A stretch of 64,000 nucleotides of DNA, taken from an uncultured Vicinamibacteraceae bacterium. GTDB taxonomy: Bacteria; Acidobacteriota; Vicinamibacteria; Vicinamibacterales; UBA8438. Position numbers and translations under genes: made by a program. Below, piece by piece: positions 1 through 6,542 of this stretch. The notes under the pieces are model-generated. The model had not been told where the DNA came from. It made no database searches and saw only the letters and a program-made list of their open reading frames with translations. Numbering within the stretch: position 1 is the first letter of the stretch; the number at the start of each line of letters is the position of its first letter. The stretch covers positions 255 to 64,254 of the forward strand of contig CAZWUJ010000021.1 in the NCBI GenBank assembly GCA_964636705.1. Reading direction: 5' to 3'.

Positions 1-378
1 TGCAAGTTCGAAGATGATGTACTGGACGGTAGAGTAACTATTGAACCCAGGCACGGTGACCGCACCGGTGTCTAATGCGGTGACCACGCGCGAGAGACCC
101 TTTTGCCTGCACTTCTCCAAGAGGTCGCGCTCGAAGTTGAAAGCGGCAATAAGAGGCTCAAGTGTGCGCGCTGGGTCAGCGGATTCGTCGAGTCGTGAAA
201 AGAAGTCGAGGGCTTTCAGATACCCAGTTGAACCGTCGCTGTTCTGGACGACGTAGCCGCAGGAGAAGTTTCCCCCGCTGTGCTGCTCGGGAGGAGTGAT
301 GCGTTGGATAACCTGCCAGCCGCGCGGAAGGTTCAGGTCTTGAAGCGCTTCGTGAGGTCGAAGGGACGAGTTCGTCAA
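1..378 (-). CDS. protein-kinase-like protein, N-terminal fragment (3' end lies beyond the window)
   Basis: This is my own reverse-strand translation. The ORF is absent from the track because it has no stop in the window. The frame is open from TTG 378-376 to position 1: TNSSLRPHEALQDLNLPRGWQVIQRITPPEQHSGGNFSCGYVVQNSDGSTGYLKALDFFSRL...FERDLLEKC...VQYIIFELA. A Gly-rich loop (SGGNFSCGYV), a Lys-containing strand (YLKALD), an acidic helix and a hinge-like IIFELA occur in kinase N-lobe order. The TTG overlaps the TGA of the XRE gene (TTGA). Confidence 0.4.
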   Translation of the reverse strand, partial: MTNSSLRPHEALQDLNLPRGWQVIQRITPPEQHSGGNFSCGYVVQNSDGSTGYLKALDFFSRLDESADPARTLEPLIAAFNFERDLLEKCRQKGLSRVVTALDTGAVTVPGFNSYSTVQYIIFELA

Positions 379-764
379 TGTCTTGTCCTCCGGCGTGGTT
401 CGGCGGGACTGTCGGCGAGATTTGCGCCGGCGACCTCGGTCTCGAGTTGTCGCCGGAGCTGTTCTTGGCGGGTCGTTGGGAGTTTCTTGATCAGTCGATA
501 GAGTGCTATTTCGGTTGATGATTCTGGGATCGTGATCGCCGGGAACTTCGCGGCGGCGGCAAGCACCTGGTCGCGATCAAGGTCAAGTTGGTCGGCAATG
601 GCGATGAGGGTGTCCTCGGAGACGCCAGGAACGATGGGCGCGCGTTCTAGTTGGACAAGGTAGGCGGGTGACTTTCCAAGCTGTCGGGCAAGGGCTCGGA
701 GGGAGAATCGACGGCGTTGCCGGGCGTCGCGGAGCATCTGGCCAAGTCGCGATGGAGTGGTCAC
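375..764 (-). CDS. XRE-family helix-turn-helix transcriptional regulator
   Basis: 129-aa ORF with a GTG start. LGQMLRDARQRRRFSLRALARQLGKSPAYLVQLER is a classic Cro/C1-type HTH. Confidence 0.85.
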   Translation of the reverse strand: MTTPSRLGQMLRDARQRRRFSLRALARQLGKSPAYLVQLERAPIVPGVSEDTLIAIADQLDLDRDQVLAAAAKFPAITIPESSTEIALYRLIKKLPTTRQEQLRRQLETEVAGANLADSPAEPRRRTRH

Positions 765-784
765 TGTTTAGTGAACAGTGAACA
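762..784. promoter_or_regulatory. candidate operator at the XRE gene start
   Basis: Inverted repeat CACTGTT (762-768) N5 AACAGTG (774-780), plus tandem GTGAACA GTGAACA (771-784). The site overlaps the GTG start codon of the XRE gene. Confidence 0.3.
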
Positions 785-919
785 CCGGCTTGGCGGTGGA
801 TGTCAAGCATGGTGCTTTGGTGCACCGCTACGGGCTGAAGTTGCTTGACCCGTTTCCACTGGGGTGTCACCTTCGGAGGCAGCTATCGGCGGGGTCACCA
901 CGCTGCGCCGGACGGAGGC

Positions 920-1297
920 TTAGTCCGTTGTCGCGCGGCCCGTTCGGAGCCGAGCCAGTCCGTACGCGATTCCGAGGGCGGGAACCACCACGAAGGCGAG
1001 CGCCAGCTCCCAGTCTCCCCGAATCACGCCCGTGGCAATCCACCGAGCCACGAGCACGTCGCCGGTCACGTTCACCGTCAGCAGGGCCACGATGGCGAGG
1101 ATCTTGGCGGTGGAGAGGCGGGGTTGCAAGAGGAGCATGAGTACGCCGGCAGCTCCGATAGGGTGAACGACGATGAGCCGCAGCCGTTGCCAGATGTCGC
1201 CGCCGTCGGCGAAAGCCCCGACCAGGGCTGTGAACGCCGAGAAGAGGGCGTGCAACGTAGCCAACACCAGCAGCGGAATCCTAGTATTTGCCGGCAC
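920..1297 (-). CDS. small integral membrane protein (about four hydrophobic helices), unknown function
   Basis: 125-aa ORF with hydrophobic stretches PLLVLATLHALFSAFTALVGAF, GAAGVLMLLL, ILAIVALLTVNV and LALAFVVVPALGIAYGL. It is co-directional with the XRE gene. Confidence 0.6.
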   Translation of the reverse strand: MPANTRIPLLVLATLHALFSAFTALVGAFADGGDIWQRLRLIVVHPIGAAGVLMLLLQPRLSTAKILAIVALLTVNVTGDVLVARWIATGVIRGDWELALAFVVVPALGIAYGLARLRTGRATTD

Positions 1298-1401
1298 TTG
1301 TCACTCTGCGGATCGCCTGCTGGGACTTTGAAATCGTTAAGCGCGGCGCTGAAGGTCCCGGTAGGTGCCCTAGAAACCCTCCGGCTCCGAGGAAGTGAGG
1401 A

Positions 1402-1632
1402 TCAATCCCGATTACGGGATTCAAGCTCCCTTTTGTTGATCCACGCGAGCGCATTGCCGCAGAACTCGTCCCACTTTGCGTAGGGGACGATCCACTCCGG
1501 TTCTCTCTCGTTATCCATAAGAACGACTACCCTGCCTCCTTCCGAACGCTTGAAGCCGTTGACTCGATCACGCTCGATGTCTCCGTCACCTGGAAAAGTC
1601 GGATAGATGATCATGATGACGAATCCTAGCAT
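1402..1632 (-). CDS. hypothetical small protein
   Basis: 76-aa ORF in the A/T-richer patch. Its start lies 4 nt downstream of the stop of ORF 1637-1927 on the same strand. No family recognised. Confidence 0.4.
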   Translation of the reverse strand: MLGFVIMIIYPTFPGDGDIERDRVNGFKRSEGGRVVVLMDNEREPEWIVPYAKWDEFCGNALAWINKRELESRNRD

Positions 1633-1636
1633 GGAC

Positions 1637-1927
1637 TCAGGGGATATGGCCTGAGCGTGCCCGGATCTTGACGCGGAATCCGTGCCGATCTACAGTTTCG
1701 GTATGGCAACCCACACGGAACTGAATCGACGTTTGGAATGTGTCTGGAAGCATGCCAGTGCGGATGATCTCTTTTCGCTCGCCCGGGATTTTCCCGGCCT
1801 TCACGATGATGAACTGGATCTCCTTGGGGCATGCGTTGTCTGGGATCCGGGGAGGAGATCCCCGCATGATGCACGTGCAGTAGCTATCAGGCAGGGGCAC
1901 ATCAGGGATCACATTGGCATGCTTCAA
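1637..1927 (-). CDS. hypothetical small protein (conflicts with the 5' part of ORF 1682-2407)
   Basis: 96-aa ORF with a TTG start. By my count over 1682-1918, third-position G+C is higher in this frame (about 66 percent) than in the opposite-strand frame (about 56 percent). The 4-nt spacing to the next minus-strand gene suggests an operon. Not decisive. Confidence 0.3.
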   Translation of the reverse strand: MKHANVIPDVPLPDSYCTCIMRGSPPRIPDNACPKEIQFIIVKAGKIPGERKEIIRTGMLPDTFQTSIQFRVGCHTETVDRHGFRVKIRARSGHIP

Positions 1928-2407
1928 AGCGATTCCAAGGTCACGCAGGGAAACGACGATTTGTGTGTCACTTGGACGGAAATGCCAGACCGGGAAGCAA
2001 GGGAGGGTGTGGAGCGTTACTTGGTTCGGTGGCTTCGGCCTGCCGTTCCGTTCGCTCTCCCCTCCGGGCCGTTGATTGCGGTCAATCCACCCTGGCCGTT
2101 TGATAAATTACTTAGACTACCGGACCACTTGAATCCCACAGACATAGAACAAGAGCTACATGCGTACCAAGCACGCATGGGACTACCATTCTACTTTCCT
2201 AAATGGTGCATGGATGCTCTGGCTGGATCGCAAAGTGGCTACATTGTCTACGCGTCCAACGATTTTCTTGGCAGTCAGTCACCTACATTTGGCTCGAAAC
2301 ACTTTCGCACACGGCAAGGGGCTGAAAACGCCCTCCAGTATACGAAGGAAGCGGCTGTCGTATTGGCTCACGTAGTCGAACCAGCGTGGGCCAATTGGCG
2401 TAATTGA
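1682..2407 (+). CDS. hypothetical protein (start uncertain: GTG 1682 or ATG 1919)
   Basis: This is the only long ORF covering 1930-2407, and the region has low G+C. The first 79 codons overlap a plausible minus-strand ORF, so the real start may be ATG 1919. No family recognised. Confidence 0.45.
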   Translation: MPIYSFGMATHTELNRRLECVWKHASADDLFSLARDFPGLHDDELDLLGACVVWDPGRRSPHDARAVAIRQGHIRDHIGMLQSDSKVTQGNDDLCVTWTEMPDREAREGVERYLVRWLRPAVPFALPSGPLIAVNPPWPFDKLLRLPDHLNPTDIEQELHAYQARMGLPFYFPKWCMDALAGSQSGYIVYASNDFLGSQSPTFGSKHFRTRQGAENALQYTKEAAVVLAHVVEPAWANWRN

Positions 2408-2432
2408 CGCATCAATTGGAGAAGGGGAAAGA

Positions 2433-2648
2433 ATGGGAAACTACATACTCTGTTACTCCCACGCCGCCTCCTCCTCTTCCTCCGGCACCGACACCAGCAG
2501 CCCAACTGCAAGCAGCCGGCTCTTTGACGTTCACGCGCTGCGACCAGTTGTTGGGATACAACTGCGACATCAGCATATCCTCGGAGACCGTAGTGCGTCA
2601 CGCGGCCGCCGCCGATCGACAGCTTCTGCTGTAAGCCATGAACGCTGA
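2433..2648 (+). CDS. small ORF, frame ambiguous (alternative 2404-2634)
   Basis: ATG 2433 is preceded by GGAGAAGGGGAAAGA (a good Shine-Dalgarno). The alternative frame starts at TTG 2404, which overlaps the upstream stop (TTGA), and carries a Pro-rich tract PTPPPPLPPAPTP. I cannot choose between the two frames. Confidence 0.2.
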   Translation: MGNYILCYSHAASSSSSGTDTSSPTASSRLFDVHALRPVVGIQLRHQHILGDRSASRGRRRSTASAVSHER

Positions 2649-3105
2649 CGTCACAATCGCACAAGCCATAGGTCTGCGCCGGGTAGCTGCCGATCTAACC
2701 TGCGACTTCCGCGACTTCCTCTCCCCCCATGGATCGTTCGACGGTTCACAAGTCGCCGGATATGCGATTGCCGCCCCGATCCTGAGGGCGCTAGCGGCGG
2801 AGTTGGCTCTGAAAGCCATCAGCGTCAAGTCGACTGGCACTCGCCTTGGCTGCCACAATCTCGTCAGGCTGTTCGACGCACTGGACGAGGACATGCGCAG
2901 CCGCATCGACCAGCGTGGGGAACCGATGCTCTTGTCCACCAATTGGCCATCGGTTCGGTCCATCTTGGCCGATCACCAGAACGACTTCACAGACTGGCGC
3001 TACCTCGGCGAGAAACCGCGCGACTTGAAGCCGTCTGGTGAGGATCTGCACGCCGCGCTGGACATCCTGATCGCCACTTACGAGGACATCTGGGGCTCGC
3101 CGTAG
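2638..3105 (+). CDS. HEPN-like helical protein (tentative)
   Basis: 155-aa ORF. LRALAAELALKAISVKSTGTRLGCHNLVRLFDALDEDMRSRI followed by FTDWRYLGE resembles HEPN-type four-helix proteins. The Arg-His spacing here is R-x3-H, not the canonical R-x4-6-H. Confidence 0.4.
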   Translation: MNADVTIAQAIGLRRVAADLTCDFRDFLSPHGSFDGSQVAGYAIAAPILRALAAELALKAISVKSTGTRLGCHNLVRLFDALDEDMRSRIDQRGEPMLLSTNWPSVRSILADHQNDFTDWRYLGEKPRDLKPSGEDLHAALDILIATYEDIWGSP

Positions 3106-3132
3106 CCTTGTTCTTGAACCAAGAGGACTTGG

Positions 3133-3489
3133 ATGCCACGTCGCGTGCCCTTCGACCCAGCCCGCCACAAGCCCATGTACGTTGCCTCGGCACTCGTGGC
3201 GCTTGCTGAAGCGTTCCCGGATGCGGATGCCTGCAGCAGCGCGCAGAACGAATCCACTCCCGGCGGTGGTGAGATCACGCTCTGCTTTCCGGCCGGCGTG
3301 ACGGTCTACGCTTCACCGCCCGGCGGCTACAAACGACGTCGCAGCTCACGCTGGCGCATTGACATCGCCAACGTGATCTACTCGCCGGAATGCCTCGATG
3401 ACGCGGTGGCACGCATCCGCGATGAAGTGAAGAACCGCGGCGTGCCGTTGACAGCCGATCCATTCAGGCCCGGCGTGTGGCGGTTTTAA
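3133..3489 (+). CDS. hypothetical protein
   Basis: 118-aa ORF starting 27 nt after the HEPN-like gene on the same strand. No family recognised. Confidence 0.45.
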   Translation: MPRRVPFDPARHKPMYVASALVALAEAFPDADACSSAQNESTPGGGEITLCFPAGVTVYASPPGGYKRRRSSRWRIDIANVIYSPECLDDAVARIRDEVKNRGVPLTADPFRPGVWRF

Positions 3490-3554
3490 TCGAAGGGGCC
3501 GTTCCAGAGGACTTATACCGCGAACGGCCCGCAAGGGTACTTGGGATACAAAGT

Positions 3555-3585
3555 ACATTCTATGCACATAGAGTGACATTCTGTG
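3555..3585. promoter_or_regulatory. direct repeats ACATTCTATG / ACATTCTGTG, candidate upstream activator site
   Basis: Two 10-mers (3555-3564 and 3576-3585) are 9/10 identical and spaced 21 bp apart. They sit in an A/T-rich patch about 100 bp upstream of the -24 element at 3678. The sequence between them contains TCTATG-CA-CATAGA. Confidence 0.3.
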
Positions 3586-3676
3586 TCTTCGCTCCCCGGC
3601 CGACGACAGTTTGGCAGGTGCCTTCCTCGAGACGTAACACCGTGCGATCCAAGCACTTGTGAGAGCGCAGGCTAGC

Positions 3677-3692
3677 TGGCACGGTGCTTGCT
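3677..3692 (+). promoter_or_regulatory. sigma-54 (-24/-12) promoter
   Basis: TGGCACG GTGC TTGCT matches TGGCACG-N4-TTGCW at every specified position. It lies 83 nt upstream of ATG 3775. Confidence 0.65.
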
Positions 3693-3774
3693 TTGTTCAG
3701 GGTTCGTAAAGCGGCGTCGTAGCCCCACCGCCGCACGGGGACATGTCGGTCGCTCTGGCAAGGAGGAACGAAAG

Positions 3775-4845
3775 ATGGCACTCAGCCCGGAACTGGTCGG
3801 TTTTGTCAAAGAGGGTCTGGAACGGGAACTGCCGCGGGAGCGGATCGCGGACATCCTGGTGCGGGCGGGGTGGCCGGCGGATCAGGTGCGGCGCGCGCTG
3901 GCCGGATTCGCGGACGTCGAATCGCCCATCCCGGTTCCGCGGCCAGCCGTTTCGACGCGGCCGCGCGAGGCCTTCCTCTATGTAGTGATGTTCATGGCGC
4001 TGTTCGTCAGCGCCTACAGCCTGGGAGCGGCGGTCTTCGGGTTGATCGACACCTTCCTGCCGGACCCGGCCGGATTGCCGCCGTTCGTGATCCGCGAGAT
4101 CCTCCGGTTCTCCGTGTCGGCCCTGGTCGTGGCGAGCCCGGTGTTCGTCTTCGTCACCAGGATCATCGGCCGCGGCGTCGAGGCGCAGCCCAGCACCCGC
4201 CGGTCGCGCATCCGGCAGCAGCTCACGTACCTCACGCTCTTCGTCGCTTCGTGCGTTCTCGTGGGCGCCGTCACCGGCCTCGTCTACAGCTTTCTCGGCG
4301 GCGAGCTGACCGCCCGCTTCGTGCTGAAGTCGCTGACGGTGACCGCGATCGCCGGCGGAGTGTTCAGCTACTACCTCCGGGACCTGCGGGATACCGAGCG
4401 GGCTCCGCGCGAAACGCGGACGCCGCGCCGGCGCGATCTCCTTCCCGCCCTCGGCGCCGCGTCGGTGCTGGTCGCCGTCGTCGCCGGTCTCGTGGCCCTC
4501 GGGTCGCCGGCGGACCAGCGGCTGGAACGGCTGGACGCGCGTCGCGCGCAGGACCTAGACGCCATCTCGCGGGCCATCGACCGCTATGAGGCGACGCACG
4601 AACGGCTGCCGGCGACGCTCGACGAGTTGCAGCGCAACTCCGACGTGCAAGTCGCCATCAACGATCCGGTGACCAGCGAGCCGTACGGCTACGCGGCCGG
4701 GGAAGGAACGGCCTACGAGCTGTGCGCCACCTTCGAGCGGGCCAGCGAGGAGCGCGAGTTCCGCCGCGGGCGGCCGTTCTCGCGGCACGAGGCGGGCCGT
4801 CACTGCTTCCCGCTCAGGGCCGAGCGGGATCGCAGCACGCTTTGA
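3775..4845 (+). CDS. multi-pass membrane protein with pseudopilin-like C-terminal domain (DUF5671-like, tentative)
   Basis: AGGAGG lies 8 nt before ATG 3775. The protein has an N-terminal soluble module (MALSPELVGFVKEGL...), several hydrophobic helices, and a C-terminal segment RAIDRYEATHERLPATLDELQ...DPVTSEPYGY...YELCATFE. The track start at 3688 is an upstream extension that runs through the promoter. Confidence 0.7.
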   Translation: MALSPELVGFVKEGLERELPRERIADILVRAGWPADQVRRALAGFADVESPIPVPRPAVSTRPREAFLYVVMFMALFVSAYSLGAAVFGLIDTFLPDPAGLPPFVIREILRFSVSALVVASPVFVFVTRIIGRGVEAQPSTRRSRIRQQLTYLTLFVASCVLVGAVTGLVYSFLGGELTARFVLKSLTVTAIAGGVFSYYLRDLRDTERAPRETRTPRRRDLLPALGAASVLVAVVAGLVALGSPADQRLERLDARRAQDLDAISRAIDRYEATHERLPATLDELQRNSDVQVAINDPVTSEPYGYAAGEGTAYELCATFERASEEREFRRGRPFSRHEAGRHCFPLRAERDRSTL

Positions 4846-4877
4846 CATGAAATGTACGCCGACGTACATTTCATGTC
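4844..4877. repeat. perfect 15-bp inverted repeat with 4-nt loop (hairpin terminator or operator)
   Basis: GACATGAAATGTACG ccga CGTACATTTCATGTC. It starts inside the TGA of the upstream gene and ends 33 nt before the EBP start. It is A/T-rich in G/C-rich surroundings. The core reads TGT-N10-ACA. Confidence 0.6.
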
Positions 4878-4910
4878 TTGCCACTCTTTAGGCCGCAGGA
4901 GCGTCGAACC

Positions 4911-6419
4911 ATGGAGTCGCTGGCGCGGCTGGCCTACACCAATCCGTTCGGCTCCGAGTTCATCGAGGTCGAGCGATCGGTTCTCGGCGACGACTTTGTC
5001 CCGCATGGGCCGGTCTGGAGCCTTGAGGCAGGCTACGAGGGGAATCCGGCCCTCGAACCGCTGGTGTCCGCCTCCGAACGGGCAGCGCAGGACGCCCGGG
5101 AACGCCTGCTCCGGGCGGCGTCGGCGACTCCGGAGGAGTTGGCGCTGTACGCCTACGTCGTCGGCCAGATGCTCTACTGGCGGTACGAGGGCGACCTGCA
5201 CCAGGTCCACGTCGACCCCAGCCGCGGCCGCCGCCGGCTGGCGTTCTACGAGCGATTCCACCGCGACGTAGAGCACTTCCTGGCGCTCGACGGGATCCCG
5301 TTGCCGTGGCGCGTGGAGCCGCCGCACCTGTTCGCCTGCTTCTTCCAGGCCCGCCGCGCGTTCGACCTCATCTTCCGGAACATCATCGGCACGTCGAAGC
5401 CCGCCGCGAGGTTGCGGGCGGACGTCTGGCAGTCCATCTTCACGCACGACATGCGCCGCTACCGCCGCTCGCTTTACCGGCGGATGCACGACGTGACGAC
5501 GCTCGTGACGGGGCCGTCGGGGACCGGCAAGGAGCTGGTCGCCCGGGCCATCGGGCTCTCCCGCTACATCCCGTTCGACCCCCAGCGCGGCATGTTCGCG
5601 ACGAACCTCGACGGCGCATTTCACGCCGTCAATCTCTCCGCGCTGTCACCCACCCTCATCGAGTCGGAGCTGTTCGGGCACCGAAAAGGCGCCTTTACCG
5701 GGGCGCTGGCGGATCGCGTCGGCTGGCTCGAATCGTGCCCGCCGCTCGGCACGGTGCTGCTCGACGAGATCGGCGAACTCGACCCGGCGATTCAGGTCAA
5801 GCTGCTGCGTGTCCTGCAGACTCGCGAGTTTCAGCGGATTGGCGAGACGGCGCCCCGCGAGTTCAAGGGCAAGCTGATCGCCGCGACCAACCGTGACCTC
5901 GATGCCGAGATGCGCGCCGGCCGCTTCCGGGAAGACCTGTACTACCGCCTGTGCGCGGATCTCATCGAGACGCCGTCGCTCCGCGATCAGTTGCGCGACT
6001 CGCCGGACGAGCTCCGCAACATGGTGCTGTTCGTCAGCGAGCGGGTGGTCGGCCCGGACGAGGCTTCGGACCTGGCGGAGGAGGTGCTGACCTGCATCGA
6101 GCGGGACCTCGGCGCCAACTATGCGTGGCCGGGCAACGTGAGAGAACTCGAGCAGTGCGTCTGCAACGTGCTGGTGCACAAGCGCTACCGCCCGAGGACG
6201 GCTCCCGCGGCGTCCGACGTGGCCGATGGCGTCGCGGCGGCATGGCGTGACGGCGATCTGACCGCCAGGGAACTCCTCAGCCGGTACTGCACGCGCGTCT
6301 ACGCGACGACGGGTAGCTACCAGGAGACCGCGCGCCGGCTGGATCTCGACCGGCGCACCGTCAAGCGGTCGATCGACCCCGATCTTCTCGAACGTCTGAC
6401 GGCGAGCGAGCCGAACTAG
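4911..6419 (+). CDS. sigma-54-dependent transcriptional activator (bacterial enhancer-binding protein) with unrecognised N-terminal domain
   Basis: Walker A GPSGTGKE, GAFTGA loop (HRKGAFTGA), Walker B LLDEIGEL, QVKLLRVLQTREFQRIGE, RFREDLYYRL, and a C-terminal Fis-type HTH (SYQETARRLDLDRRTVKR). AGGAG lies 9 nt before ATG 4911. Confidence 0.9.
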   Translation: MESLARLAYTNPFGSEFIEVERSVLGDDFVPHGPVWSLEAGYEGNPALEPLVSASERAAQDARERLLRAASATPEELALYAYVVGQMLYWRYEGDLHQVHVDPSRGRRRLAFYERFHRDVEHFLALDGIPLPWRVEPPHLFACFFQARRAFDLIFRNIIGTSKPAARLRADVWQSIFTHDMRRYRRSLYRRMHDVTTLVTGPSGTGKELVARAIGLSRYIPFDPQRGMFATNLDGAFHAVNLSALSPTLIESELFGHRKGAFTGALADRVGWLESCPPLGTVLLDEIGELDPAIQVKLLRVLQTREFQRIGETAPREFKGKLIAATNRDLDAEMRAGRFREDLYYRLCADLIETPSLRDQLRDSPDELRNMVLFVSERVVGPDEASDLAEEVLTCIERDLGANYAWPGNVRELEQCVCNVLVHKRYRPRTAPAASDVADGVAAAWRDGDLTARELLSRYCTRVYATTGSYQETARRLDLDRRTVKRSIDPDLLERLTASEPN

Positions 6420-6513
6420 CGCGCCTCCCGGCGGGCGCGGCCGGCGCGGGCTCCCGCGGCGGCAGGCTGCGCTCCAAGGCCGTCCGGGCGCTCCCGCCGC
6501 CGGCGGCTCCAGA

Positions 6514-6529
6514 CGGCACGCAACTTGCA
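6514..6529 (+). promoter_or_regulatory. sigma-54 (-24/-12) promoter
   Basis: CGGCACG CAAC TTGCA matches TGGCACG-N4-TTGCW except for the first base. The -12 GC is at 6527-6528, only 15 nt before ATG 6543. Confidence 0.6.
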
Positions 6530-6542
6530 TCCTGCTTCCGGC

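Noticed and set aside
3612-3626. Second sigma-54-like element TGGCAGGTGCCTTCC
   Set aside because: The critical -12 GC is replaced (TTCC instead of TTGC). A perfect consensus promoter lies 65 nt downstream.
3688-3774. Upstream extension of the membrane-protein ORF (TTG 3688)
   Set aside because: The extension starts inside the -12 element of the sigma-54 promoter and has no ribosome-binding site. ATG 3775 follows AGGAGG at the proper distance.
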